This document shows, one piece after another, positions 1 through 9,407 of a stretch of DNA of 64,000 nt; position 1 is the first letter of the stretch; each line of letters starts with the position of its first letter. This DNA comes from Candidatus Methylomirabilota bacterium. GTDB taxonomy: Bacteria; Methylomirabilota; Methylomirabilia; Rokubacteriales; CSP1-6. The stretch is taken from contig DASYTM010000010.1 in assembly GCA_036002345.1 (NCBI GenBank), positions 18,978 to 82,977 of the forward strand, written 5' to 3'. Both the position numbers and the translations under genes were made by a program. Under the pieces are notes generated by a model. The model searched no databases and was not told the origin of the DNA. It saw only the letters and a program-made list of their open reading frames with translations.

Positions 1-366
1 ACCGTCTACATCGCGCAGCCCGACATGCACCTCATCGTGCGCGGCGGGCACCTCGTGCTCACCGACACGAAGCTGGTGCACTTCAGCCGCCCGTCCATCG
101 ACCTGCTCTTCGAGTCCGTCGCCGACGCCTACGGCGATCGTGCCATCGGCGTGATCCTCTCCGGGTCGGGCGTGGACGGCGCGGACGGCATCCGCGCCAT
201 CAAGGCCAAGGGCGGCACCACGCTCGTCCAGGATCCCGCCAGCGCCGCCCACGCCGGCATGCCGCAGGCGGCCCGCGCGACGAACTGCGTGGATTTCACG
301 CTGCCGCTCGAGGAGATCGGCCTGGCCCTGGCGAGCCTGGTGTCTCCGCCCGGAGATGACGCGTGA
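1..366 (+). CDS. cheB: Chemotaxis-type protein-glutamate methylesterase CheB, catalytic domain; 5' end truncated by window edge
   Basis: Translation ...PSIDLLFESVADAYGDRAIGVILSGSGVDGADGIRAIKAKGGTTLVQDPASA... matches CheB methylesterase core motifs. The ORF runs off the window start. Stop TGA at 364-366. Confidence 0.8.
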   Translation, partial: TVYIAQPDMHLIVRGGHLVLTDTKLVHFSRPSIDLLFESVADAYGDRAIGVILSGSGVDGADGIRAIKAKGGTTLVQDPASAAHAGMPQAARATNCVDFTLPLEEIGLALASLVSPPGDDA

Positions 367-2267
367 GCGACGACGCCGCCGCGCCGAGCGCGCAGAAGGA
401 AAGCGATCCGGCCTTCCGGAGCCTGCTCGAGACGCTGAGCACGCGCTACAACTTCGACTTCCGCGACTACAAGGAAGCCTCGCTGGTGCGGCGCATCCAG
501 GCGCGGATGAGCCAGGTGCGCACGGACTCGTTCGCGGCGTACGCGCGCTACCTCGAGGCCAACGACAAAGAGCACGTCGCGCTCTTCAACACGATCCTGA
601 TCAACGTGACGGGATTCTTCCGCGACCCCGACGCCTGGCAGACGCTGGCCGACGACGTGATTCCCAAGATCGTGGAGGGCGCGGCGGAGTCGCGGAGCAT
701 CCGGATCTGGAGCGCGGGCTGCTCGTCGGGGGAGGAGCCGTATTCGATCGCCATCCTCCTCGCCGAGCATCTCGGGCCCGCGGCCACGAACTACGCGATC
801 AGGATCTACGGCACCGACATGGACGAGGAGGCGCTGACGGCTGCCCGCCACGCGCTGTTCCGCACCGAGCAGCTCAAGGACGTCCCGGACCGCCTCGTGG
901 ACCGTTACTTCGGCCGTGAGGGCCAGCTCTATCGGTTCCGGCGCGAATTCCGCCGCTGGTGCATCTTCGGCAGCCACAATCTGACGCAGGCGCCGCCGCT
1001 CTCGCACGTGGACCTGCTCGTCTGCCGCAACGTCCTCATCTACTTCACCACCGAGCTGCAGGACCGCATCCTCACGCGCTTCCACTACGCGATCCGCGAG
1101 GACGGCGTCCTCTTCCTCGGCCGCTCGGAATCGCTGCTGGCGCGCTCGCGGCTCTTCACGGCCGTGCAGCCGAAGTCACGCATCTTCCAGCGGCTGCCGT
1201 CGGGCGGGCGCCAGGCGGCGGCCGCGCTGCCGGCGGCGGCGGCGTTCGTCCCGGCGTCCCGCCTGGAGCCCGCGGCCGCGCCGGCCCGCATCCAGCGCGC
1301 CCTCGACGCGCTCCCGGCCGCGGTGATGATTATCGACATCAGCGACACCATCCTCGGCTGGAATCCCGCCGCGGAGACCCTGTTCGAGATCCCCGTGGCG
1401 AGCGCGCTGGCGCGGAAATTCCGGGACCTGGACGCGAGCTACCGCATCGAGGCGCTGCGCGCGCGGATCGAGGACGTGAAGGCCCGCCACGCGTCGAGCC
1501 GCATGGACGACGTCAGCTTCACACGCCGCAGCGGCGAGACCGTCCACGCCGACATCACGATCGTGCCGCTCTTCGAAGGCTCCCGGCTCACCGGCGTGCT
1601 CGTCTACGCCACCGAGGCCACCGAGCACGCGAGGCTCAAGGAGCAGATGACGCGCGTCGCCGAGCAGCACGCCACCGCCATCGAGGAGCTGCAGTCCACG
1701 AACGAGGAGCTGGAGACGACCAACGAGGAGCTGCAGTCCACCAACGAGGAGCTGGAGACGACGAACGAGGAGCTGCAGTCCACCAACGAGGAGCTGGAGA
1801 CGACGGTGGAGGAGCTCCAGGCCGCCAACGCCGAGCTCGGGACGCTGAACGCCGAGCTGGAAGCCCGCACCGCCGAGCTGAAGCGGCTCGACGGCTACAA
1901 TCACGCCCTGCTCAACAGCCTGGAGCACAGCGTCTTCGTGGCGGACCGCACGCTGGTGCTGACGAGCTGGAACATCGCCGCCGAGCGGATGTGGGGGGTG
2001 CGCGCCCAGCAGGCCGTCGGCCGCGACGTGCTGGTCTTGCCCATCGGCGAGGCGGCGCGCATGCTCCGGCCCGCCGTCGAGGCGGCGCTGAAGGGCGACG
2101 CGGCGGTGGACGTGCGCAACGTGCCCTACACGCTTCCCGGTGGGGAGACGCGGATGGCCGTCGTCAAGGTGTCGCCGCTGCGCGATCCCTCCGGCGAGGT
2201 GATCGGCGTGATCGGAGTGGCGGTGCCGACGGAGGCGGCGAAAGGAGCGAGCGCGCGGAGCCGCTGA
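363..2267 (+). CDS. cheR: CheR-type protein-glutamate O-methyltransferase fused to PAS domains through a coiled-coil heptad-repeat linker (CheBR-PAS family sensory protein)
   Basis: GTG start overlaps the cheB stop. N-terminal CheR SAM-MTase motifs (RIWSAGCSSGEEPYSIA, LLVCRNVLIYF). PAS-like segment. Linker with (S/T)TNEELQ/ETTNEELQ heptads. C-terminal PAS (VFVADRTLVLTSWN...). Confidence 0.85.
   Translation: MSDDAAAPSAQKESDPAFRSLLETLSTRYNFDFRDYKEASLVRRIQARMSQVRTDSFAAYARYLEANDKEHVALFNTILINVTGFFRDPDAWQTLADDVIPKIVEGAAESRSIRIWSAGCSSGEEPYSIAILLAEHLGPAATNYAIRIYGTDMDEEALTAARHALFRTEQLKDVPDRLVDRYFGREGQLYRFRREFRRWCIFGSHNLTQAPPLSHVDLLVCRNVLIYFTTELQDRILTRFHYAIREDGVLFLGRSESLLARSRLFTAVQPKSRIFQRLPSGGRQAAAALPAAAAFVPASRLEPAAAPARIQRALDALPAAVMIIDISDTILGWNPAAETLFEIPVASALARKFRDLDASYRIEALRARIEDVKARHASSRMDDVSFTRRSGETVHADITIVPLFEGSRLTGVLVYATEATEHARLKEQMTRVAEQHATAIEELQSTNEELETTNEELQSTNEELETTNEELQSTNEELETTVEELQAANAELGTLNAELEARTAELKRLDGYNHALLNSLEHSVFVADRTLVLTSWNIAAERMWGVRAQQAVGRDVLVLPIGEAARMLRPAVEAALKGDAAVDVRNVPYTLPGGETRMAVVKVSPLRDPSGEVIGVIGVAVPTEAAKGASARSR
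1681..1806 (+). repeat. Near-perfect 42-nt tandem repeat (3 copies) inside cheR, encoding EELQSTNEELETTN heptad units
   Basis: gaggagctgcagtccacSaacgaggagctggagacgacSaac is repeated head-to-tail three times; read directly from the sequence. Confidence 0.9.
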
Positions 2268-3821
2268 TCAGCCGCGGTCGATCATCCTGTCGAGGACGTC
2301 CGGATCGACGGGCTTCACGAGATGCTCGTCGAAGCCGGCTTCGAGGGAGAGTTGCCGCGCCTCGGCATCGCCGTACCCGGTCAGCGCGATGAGGCGGACT
2401 CCCGCGCCGAGCCGCCGGCGGATGCGCTTCGCCACCTCGTAGCCGTCGATTCCCCGCAGCCCGATGTCCACCAGGGCGACGTCGGGCGTCCACCCCACCG
2501 CGAGCTTCACCGCCTCGGCGCCGTCCGGCGTGTCGCGCACCTGGTGGCCGCCGAGCTCGAGGATGGTGCGCAGCATCTCGCGCGCGTCGCGATTGTCGTC
2601 CACGACGAGGACGCGGCGGGCCGACGTGGCCGGCGCCGGAGGCTCCTCGCGCGGCGCCGCCGCGTCATGCGTGGACGGCAGGCACACCTCGAACACGCTG
2701 CCGCGATCGGGGCCGGCGCTGAGCGCGCGGATGGTGCCCCGGTGCAGCTCGACGAGGTGGCGCGCCACGGTGAGTCCGATGCCGAGGCCGCCGGTCGTCC
2801 GCGTCCGGGTGGTGTCGCCCTGCACGAACAGGTCGAAGATGCGCTCCAGGAGCTCGCCCTCGATGCCCCGTCCGGTGTCGCTCACCATGAGCGACGCGGT
2901 CTCGTCGGTGGCCGTCAACACCACCGCGATCTGGCCGCCTTCCGGCGTGTACTTCACGGCGTTGCCGAGCAGGTTGGCGACGACCTGCTCCAGGCGCACG
3001 GCGTCGCCCAGAACGGAGACGGGCTGCTCCGGCAGCTCCACCCGCAGCTTCTGGGCGCGTGCGCGCGCGTCGAACGACACGGTCTCCAGCGCCTGCCGGG
3101 TGACGGCGGCCAGGTCCACCGTCTCCAGCCGCAGCGAGATCTTGCCGAGGACGATGCGCGACACGTCGAGCAGGTCGTCGAGCAGGCGCGACTGGCTCTT
3201 CACCTGGCGCTCGGCGATGCGCAGGGCCTGCTCGGCGACCCGGTCGCCGGCGCCGGTCTGACGTTTGCGGAGGATGTGCACGGCGCTCGCGATGCCCGCG
3301 AGGGGATTGCGGAGCTCGTGGGCCAGCATGGCCAGGAAGCGGTTGCGCTCGAGGTCGGCCTGCTTCACCGACGAAAGCTCGACGAGCCGCGCGTTGAGCT
3401 CCTCGTTCAAGACCCGGAGCTCCTCGTTCAGCGTCTGCAGCTCCGCGCCCCACCGCCGGTCCGCCGCCCGCGCGTCGTGCGCGGCCACCAGCGTGGCCGC
3501 GTTCCCGGCGACCCCGACGCGCTCCACCCACACGTCCCACACGGAGCCCCCGTCGTCGGCCGCCACGCCGACGGCGGCGTGCTGCGCGTGAGCCTCCCGC
3601 CTGGTGGCGTCCACGGCCTGGAGGAGCGGCGCGCGCCACGCGTCGGTGAGGACGTCTTTGAAGTTCTTGCCGACGGGATCGGTGTCGGGATGCGCGAACG
3701 TGCTCAGAGCCGGGGCGTTGACGGCCACCACCACGTCGTCCGCATCCAGCAGGAACGCCGGCATCGGGAGGCTCTCGACGATCATCCGGGCGTCCGGAAG
3801 GCTATCCATGCGCCATCTCAC
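2268..3821 (-). CDS. Hybrid sensor histidine kinase/response regulator (PAS - NEEL coiled coil - HisKA - HATPase_c - REC)
   Basis: HisKA H-box (FLAMLAHELRNPLAGI). HATPase motifs (DTGRGIEGELLERIFDLFVQG, GGLGIGLTV). C-terminal receiver (VLVVDDNRDAREML...DVALVDIGLRGIDGYEV). Convergent with cheR; the two stop codons abut as TGATCA. Confidence 0.85.
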   Translation of the reverse strand: MRWRMDSLPDARMIVESLPMPAFLLDADDVVVAVNAPALSTFAHPDTDPVGKNFKDVLTDAWRAPLLQAVDATRREAHAQHAAVGVAADDGGSVWDVWVERVGVAGNAATLVAAHDARAADRRWGAELQTLNEELRVLNEELNARLVELSSVKQADLERNRFLAMLAHELRNPLAGIASAVHILRKRQTGAGDRVAEQALRIAERQVKSQSRLLDDLLDVSRIVLGKISLRLETVDLAAVTRQALETVSFDARARAQKLRVELPEQPVSVLGDAVRLEQVVANLLGNAVKYTPEGGQIAVVLTATDETASLMVSDTGRGIEGELLERIFDLFVQGDTTRTRTTGGLGIGLTVARHLVELHRGTIRALSAGPDRGSVFEVCLPSTHDAAAPREEPPAPATSARRVLVVDDNRDAREMLRTILELGGHQVRDTPDGAEAVKLAVGWTPDVALVDIGLRGIDGYEVAKRIRRRLGAGVRLIALTGYGDAEARQLSLEAGFDEHLVKPVDPDVLDRMIDRG

Positions 3822-3903
3822 CTCGGGGAAGGGATTTCAGTGTCGGCCCCCAATGGGGCGAAGTCAACGAGCCACGCGCACGCATCTTGCAGTGACCCAG
3901 GCC

Positions 3904-4308
3904 ATGTACGCCATCCCCCCCGGTCTCGACGGCGCGGCCGACCCCCGCGTCGCCGGCGTGTCCTGTCCGGAATGCTCCGGTGTGCTCTCGGTGCGCGTCG
4001 AGGGGCGGCGCGCCGACCTGTTCTTCGAGTGCCGCGTCGGGCACACGTTCACCGACACCGAGGTGCTCCTCGGCAAGGAGGCTCGGCTCGACGCGTGGCT
4101 GTGGACGGCGTACACGGCGCTCGAAGAGCTCGTCGCGCTGACGACCGACCTCGCCGCGCGTGAGTCGACCCCCGCGGACGCCCGGCGGCGGTACGCGACG
4201 CGCCGGGCAGGTGCCCAGGCCACTGCGAACCGCCTGCGCCGACTCATCGACGACGACGAGCCCATCGCGTTTCCGGAGAGCGGCGCGCCGGCGGTCGCGC
4301 CGCCTTGA
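3904..4308 (+). CDS. Small hypothetical protein with putative zinc-ribbon (CPECSG...C..GH)
   Basis: First in-frame ATG after the minus-strand kinase start. The stop overlaps the downstream cheB-like start (ATGA). No family recognised. Confidence 0.45.
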   Translation: MYAIPPGLDGAADPRVAGVSCPECSGVLSVRVEGRRADLFFECRVGHTFTDTEVLLGKEARLDAWLWTAYTALEELVALTTDLAARESTPADARRRYATRRAGAQATANRLRRLIDDDEPIAFPESGAPAVAPP

Positions 4309-4922
4309 TCAACGCGGACCGCGTCAGGCGGGACGTCATCGTCATCGGCGGCTCGGCGGGCAGCGTCGGGCCGGTGAGGGAGCTGCTCGCGAAGCTGCCG
4401 TCCGATCTCCCGGCCACGCTGGCCGTCGTCCTCCACCGGAGTCCGTTTTACGCGACGCAGCTGCCATGGCTGCTCGGCCTCCGCGCCGTGCTCCGCGTGG
4501 TGGAGCCCAGCGACGGCGATCCCGTGCTGGGCGGCGTCGTTTACATCGCGCCGCGCGACCACCACGTGATCTTCGACGACGGGGTGATGAGGCTGACGCG
4601 CGGGGCCAAGGAGCACTACACGCGGCCCGCCATCGATCCCCTGTTCCGCTCCGCGGCGGCCCGTTATGGCTCGCGCGTGCTGGGCGTGCTGCTGTCCGGC
4701 ATGGGCGCCGACGGCGTGTCGGGCCTGATCGCCATCAAGCGGGCGGGCGGCCTGTCGCTCGTGCAGTCGCCCAGCGAGGCGCAGTTTCCCGCCATGCCGT
4801 GCACCGCGCTCGCCGAGGACGACGTGGACGCCGCGCTGCCCATCGACGAGCTGGCCCCGGCCATCGTGCAGCTCGCGCGCGGGGAGACGCTCGAGGCGGC
4901 CCGCCCTCGCCTCACGCCTTGA
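4305..4922 (+). CDS. cheB: Stand-alone CheB-type methylesterase catalytic domain protein
   Basis: VIVIGGSAGSVGPVRELLAKLP, HRSP, GVLLSGMGADGVSGLIAIKRAGGLSLVQSPSEAQFPAMP match CheB esterase motifs. Coupled to the upstream small ORF. Confidence 0.8.
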   Translation: MINADRVRRDVIVIGGSAGSVGPVRELLAKLPSDLPATLAVVLHRSPFYATQLPWLLGLRAVLRVVEPSDGDPVLGGVVYIAPRDHHVIFDDGVMRLTRGAKEHYTRPAIDPLFRSAAARYGSRVLGVLLSGMGADGVSGLIAIKRAGGLSLVQSPSEAQFPAMPCTALAEDDVDAALPIDELAPAIVQLARGETLEAARPRLTP

Positions 4923-4954
4923 CTCGATCCGGGCCGGAGTCTAGGCTCGGCTGA

Positions 4955-5341
4955 ATGGCGCGCGCGATCCGGATCACCGCCGGCGGCGTCTCGGCCACGG
5001 CCGAGCTGAACGACAGCAAGACCGCCATCGCCATCTGGGACGCCCTGCCGATCGACGCCAAGGCGCAGACCTGGGGCGACGAGATCTACTTCGCCATTCC
5101 CGTTCGGGCCGACGAAGACCACGGCAAAGAAGTGGTGGCCCTGGGAGACCTCGGCTACTGGCCCCCGGGGCAGGCCTTCTGCATCTTCTTCGGGCCGACG
5201 CCCGCGAGCCGCGGCGACGAGATCCGTCCCGCGAGCGCGGTGAACGTGGTGGGGCGCGTCGGCGGCGATGCCACGGTGTTCAAGCAGGTCCGCGCGGGGG
5301 CGCGCGTGACCATCCAACGGGATGGCGAAAGGGGGGCGTGA
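4955..5341 (+). CDS. Hypothetical protein, cyclophilin-like/DUF3830-like
   Basis: 128-aa ORF with ordinary codon usage. Stop overlaps the transaldolase start (ATGA). Family assignment is tentative, from memory of DUF3830-like small proteins. Confidence 0.45.
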   Translation: MARAIRITAGGVSATAELNDSKTAIAIWDALPIDAKAQTWGDEIYFAIPVRADEDHGKEVVALGDLGYWPPGQAFCIFFGPTPASRGDEIRPASAVNVVGRVGGDATVFKQVRAGARVTIQRDGERGA

Positions 5342-5991
5342 TGAAGATCTTCCTCGACACGGCCAACGTCAACGAGATCAAGGAAGGCGTGGCGCTCGGC
5401 GTGGTGGACGGCGTGACCACCAACCCGTCGCTCGCCACCAAGGAGAAGCGCCCGTTCCGTCCGCTCGTCGAGGAGATCTGCGCCGTCGTGCCCGGCGACG
5501 TGAGCCTGGAGGTCGTGGCCACCGACTTCGAGGGCATGATCAAGGAGGGGCAGGAGCTGGCCCAGATCGCCCCCAACGTCGTCGTGAAGTGCCCGCTGAC
5601 CGCCGACGGGCTCAAGGCGGTGAAGTACCTCACCGGCAAGGGCATCCGCGTGAACCAGACCCTCTGCTTCTCGGCCACGCAGGCGCTCCTGTCGGCCAAG
5701 GCCGGGGCCTACTACATCAGCCCGTTCCTGGGCCGGCTCGACGACATCGGCGCCGTGGGCATGGACCTCATCCGCGACATCTGCGAGATCTACCGCGTGC
5801 AGGGCCTCAAGACGCAGGTGCTCGCCGCGTCCATCCGCAACCCGCTGCACGTGATCGACGCCGCCAAGGCCGGCGCGCACGTGGCGACGATGCCGTTCTC
5901 CGTGCTCCAGCAGCTCATCAAGCATCCGCTCACCGACATCGGCCTCAAGAAGTTTCTGGACGACTGGCAGAAGGGCGGGGCCAAGCTCTAA
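5338..5991 (+). CDS. tal: Transaldolase / fructose-6-phosphate aldolase (short, Fsa/TalC type)
   Basis: 217 aa. [10 protein letters not shown]...GVTTNPSL...QTLCFS...[10 protein letters not shown] match the class I aldolase transaldolase subfamily. Confidence 0.9.
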   Translation: MMKIFLDTANVNEIKEGVALGVVDGVTTNPSLATKEKRPFRPLVEEICAVVPGDVSLEVVATDFEGMIKEGQELAQIAPNVVVKCPLTADGLKAVKYLTGKGIRVNQTLCFSATQALLSAKAGAYYISPFLGRLDDIGAVGMDLIRDICEIYRVQGLKTQVLAASIRNPLHVIDAAKAGAHVATMPFSVLQQLIKHPLTDIGLKKFLDDWQKGGAKL

Positions 5992-5997
5992 GCGGCC

Positions 5998-6934
5998 ATG
6001 GCGGCGGCGGTCGCGGATGCTCGGCTCGGCCGCCGCCTCGTGCTCGACGAGATCTTCGATCTCTCGCTCTATCGCGCGCTGCGCGACGTCGCGCCCGCGC
6101 ACCTGGCGCCCGTGTTCGACGCCCTCATCCCGATCGAGACCCGCCACGTCGCCTTCTGGCAGAAATTCTTCGGGCTCGAGTCCGTCACCGGCCTCGACGC
6201 CGGCCGGCGGCTGAAGCTCGCCCTCCTCGTGCTCGTGTGCCGGCTCTTCGGCGCGCCCGCCATCCACATCGTGCTCGAGGCCATCGAGGTGCACGGCATC
6301 CGGAAGTACCTGGAGGTGTGGCGCCGCTACGGCGACACCCCGCTCGGCGCGGCCGTGCGCGCACGAGGACCTCGTGGTCACCGCGGAGGCCGCCCGCCGG
6401 ATCAACCCCGAGAAGGTGCGTAACCTCTTTCTCGGTCTCAACGACGGCCTGGTGGAGATCCTCGGCGCCGTCAGCGGCTTCTTCGCGGCCTTCAACAGCA
6501 ATGCGGCCGTGGTGGCCGCCAGCTTCACGGTCGGGGTGGCGGGGGCGCTCTCGATGGCCGCCGGCGCCTACATCGCCGCCGGCTCGGAGGCGGAGCTGCG
6601 CGCGACGGAGGAAGCGCGGCGGCGGTTTCTCGCGGAGCCGGTGACGAGCGAGGCCGGCGAACGGCCGCTCGGGGCCGCGGCCATCGTGGGGATCGGCTAC
6701 CTCGTCGGCGCGATCGTGCCCGTGCTCCCGGTGCTCTTCGGGGCGCGCAGCGTGCTGCCCACGGTGGCGACGGGCGGCGCGATGATCGTGGCCGTCTCGG
6801 CGATCGTGGCCTTCATCTCCGGGATGAACGTGCGGCGCCGCATCACGCTGAACGTGGTGATCACCGGCCTGGCCGTGATCGTGACCTACGCGCTCGGGCT
6901 GCTGGCGAAGCGACTGCTCGGCGTCGAGCTCTAG
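5998..6934 (+). pseudogene. VIT1/CCC1-family iron/manganese transporter with N-terminal ferritin-like domain; reading frame broken by an apparent frameshift near 6355-6375
   Basis: Frame 1 (5998-) encodes the ferritin-like part. A different frame (6374-6934) encodes the VIT1 membrane domain (NPEKVRNLFLGLNDGLVEILGAVSG..., multiple TM helices). A contiguous protein is normally expected (...AAVRA|HEDLVVTAEAARRINPE). Confidence 0.6.
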
Positions 6935-7812
6935 AGCGTCGCGCGGACTTCGGACGCGAAGCGCTCGATCGCTCCCGTCATCGAGGCGAGGTCGCGCGCG
7001 GCCGTCTCGAGGATCACGTGATCCACGCCGAGCTCGCGCAGCGCCTCGACGTCGGCGCGCAGCTCCGCGGCCGGCTTCTTGCCCGGCAGCCCCAGCCGGG
7101 CGCTCAGCGTCAGCGTCTTCGGGTCGCGGCCCGCCTTCTCGCACGCCGCGCGCAGGTGGGCGAGCCCCTCCCTCAGCGCCGGCGCCGTCGGGAACGCCGC
7201 GTGCCAGCCGTCGCCCAGCTCGGCCACGCGCCGGAGCGCGCGTGGCGTGTGGCCGCCGATCCAGATGGGGATCGTCCCACGCGCCGGCGCGGGCCGGCAC
7301 GCCAGGGCGTCGAAGCGGAAGAACTCGCCGGCGTGCGCCGCGCGCGGGTCGCGCCAGCACGCGCGCATCACCCGGATGGCCTCGTCGCTCCACGCGCCGC
7401 GCCGGTCGTAGGGCGCGCCGAGGGCCTCGATCTCCTCGCGCATCCAGCCCACGCCCGCGCCCAGGATCACGCGGCCGGGCGCCAGGTGATCGAGCGTGGC
7501 CAGCATCTTGGCGGCGAGCAGGGGATGGCGATGCGGGAGGACCAGCACGGTCGTGCCCAGCGCCACGCGCTCGGTGACGCCGGCCACCAGGGCCAGCGCG
7601 GTGAGCGGCTCGAGGAAGTCCGTGGCGGGCGGCAGCGGGAAGTCGCCGGTGGCGTTGTACGGATAGCGCGAGGCGATCCGCCACGGCAGCACCACGTGAT
7701 CGCTCGCCCACAGCGAGTCGTAACCGAGCGCCTCCGCACGGCGCGCGAACCCCACGAGCGTCTCCCGCGTCGCCGCGGCCCCGTACACGGGCAAATGGCA
7801 GCCGAATTTCAC
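6931..7812 (-). CDS. Luciferase-like monooxygenase (LLM) family / F420-dependent oxidoreductase
   Basis: VKFGCHLPVYG...GYDSLWASDHVV...LEPLTALALVAGVTERVALGTTVLVLPHRHPLLAAKMLATLDHLAPGRVILGAGVGW. GTG start overlaps the stop of the upstream acyl-AMP ligase. Confidence 0.75.
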   Translation of the reverse strand: MKFGCHLPVYGAAATRETLVGFARRAEALGYDSLWASDHVVLPWRIASRYPYNATGDFPLPPATDFLEPLTALALVAGVTERVALGTTVLVLPHRHPLLAAKMLATLDHLAPGRVILGAGVGWMREEIEALGAPYDRRGAWSDEAIRVMRACWRDPRAAHAGEFFRFDALACRPAPARGTIPIWIGGHTPRALRRVAELGDGWHAAFPTAPALREGLAHLRAACEKAGRDPKTLTLSARLGLPGKKPAAELRADVEALRELGVDHVILETAARDLASMTGAIERFASEVRATL

Positions 7813-9407
7813 GCGTTCAGGATGCGGTCGCGCAGCTCGTCGTCCCGGACCATCTGCGCCAGGCGCGAGCGCTGGATCTTGCCGCTCGACGTCTTGGGGA
7901 TGGTGGAGGGCTGCACGAGCAGCACCCGCGCCGGGCGGTGGCCGGTGGCCCGGTGCACGCGCTGCACGATCTCGCGGACCACCGCGCCGAGATCGGCGAT
8001 CCCGTCGCGCAGCTCGGCCACCACGTAGAGCCGCTGCGTGCCCGTCCGTTCGCTGTCGATGCCGATGGCGGCGGAGTACCGCACGCCGGAGACGCGGTCC
8101 ACGACCTCCTCGATGTCGGCGGGCACCAGGTTCTGGCCGCCGAGGATGATCACGTCCTTGAGCCGGCCGGTGATGTAGAGGAAGCCCTCGGCGTCGACGA
8201 AGCCGAGATCGCCGGTGCGGAGCCAGCCGTCGCCGGTGAGGACGCGTGCGGTGGCCTCGGGGTTGTTGTAGTAGCCCTGCATGACGCCCGGGCTCTTCAC
8301 GCACACCTCGCCCTCGGTGTTCGCGGGCACGTCCGTCAGCGCCACCGGCCCGTCGTCGCGCGCGGGCTCGGCGATGCGCAGGGAGACGCCGGGGCACGGC
8401 GCGCCGACGGAGAGCCAGCGCCCCGTGCGGTCGTAGCGCAGCGGCACGCCGCGCGGCCAGATGGCCACGGCCAGCGTCGCCTCCGCGAGGCCGTAGCACG
8501 GGCGGATGATGCCCTTCAGCCCGAAGTGCGCCTCGAACGCGTCGATGGTGGACGTCCGGACCGGCTCGGCCCCGGAGAGCGCGGCCTTGAGGGTGGAGAG
8601 GTCGTACTCCGAGACGTCGCGCGTGTTGCGCACGCAATTGCGATAGCCGAAATCCGGCGAGACCGTGAAGGTGGCGCGCACCCTGGTGATCGTCTCCAGC
8701 CACGGGCGCGGGTTGCGGAGGTCGGGCGGCAGCAGCCAGATCGGCGTGGCGGTGAGGGGCGGCGTGAACGCGCAGCCGATCAGGCCCATGTCGTGATAGA
8801 GCGGCAGCCACGACACCACGCGGTCGTCGGGGTTGAGCCCCGCCGCCTCCGACATGAACTTCGTCGTCTCGACCACGTTCTCGTGCGTCAGGATCACGCC
8901 GCGCGGCTCGCCCGTCGAGCCCGACGTGTACTGCAGGAAGCACAGGTCGGTTGGCCGCGGCGCGTGCTCGGGCGGCAGCGGCGCGTCGGAGTCGAGCTCG
9001 TTGGGCTCGAGCACCAGGCGCACGTTGGGGGCCAGGGCCACGCTCGCGTCCACGCCGGCGCGGAACCAGCCGATCGTCGCCACGGCCACGGCCTCGGAGT
9101 CGCGGAAGACGTTCGCCGTCTGCTCCACGCCGAGGGTGGGATACAGCGGGACGGGCACGGCGCCGAGGCGCAGCGCGCCGAAGAACGTGTAGAAGAACTC
9201 CGCGCACGTCGGGTAGACGAGGCAGACCTTGTCCCCCGGCCGCACGCCGGCGGCGGCGAAGCCCGCCGCGTAGCGCCCGCTCCGCGCCCAGAGATGGCGG
9301 TACGTCACCGTGTCGTCGAAGAGCGAGAAGTACTGCGCGTCGGGCGTGAGTGCCGCACGGCGCCGCATGACGTCGGTCAGCGTCGTCGCCGCCCTGGGAT
9401 CGCTCAT
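7809..9407 (-). CDS. Fatty-acyl-AMP ligase / AMP-dependent synthetase family (FAAL-like)
   Basis: YTSGSTGEPRGV (AMP-binding core), WLPLYHDMGL, GEVCVKSPGVMQGYYN, LRTGDLG. Start MSDPRAATT at 9407. Confidence 0.85.
   Translation of the reverse strand: MSDPRAATTLTDVMRRRAALTPDAQYFSLFDDTVTYRHLWARSGRYAAGFAAAGVRPGDKVCLVYPTCAEFFYTFFGALRLGAVPVPLYPTLGVEQTANVFRDSEAVAVATIGWFRAGVDASVALAPNVRLVLEPNELDSDAPLPPEHAPRPTDLCFLQYTSGSTGEPRGVILTHENVVETTKFMSEAAGLNPDDRVVSWLPLYHDMGLIGCAFTPPLTATPIWLLPPDLRNPRPWLETITRVRATFTVSPDFGYRNCVRNTRDVSEYDLSTLKAALSGAEPVRTSTIDAFEAHFGLKGIIRPCYGLAEATLAVAIWPRGVPLRYDRTGRWLSVGAPCPGVSLRIAEPARDDGPVALTDVPANTEGEVCVKSPGVMQGYYNNPEATARVLTGDGWLRTGDLGFVDAEGFLYITGRLKDVIILGGQNLVPADIEEVVDRVSGVRYSAAIGIDSERTGTQRLYVVAELRDGIADLGAVVREIVQRVHRATGHRPARVLLVQPSTIPKTSSGKIQRSRLAQMVRDDELRDRILNA

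Noticed and set aside
2322-4163. 613-aa plus-strand ORF across the hybrid kinase locus, and 129-1085 (-) across cheR
   Set aside because: Overlap well-supported cheR and HK genes on the opposite strand. No domain signatures. GC-bias artefacts.
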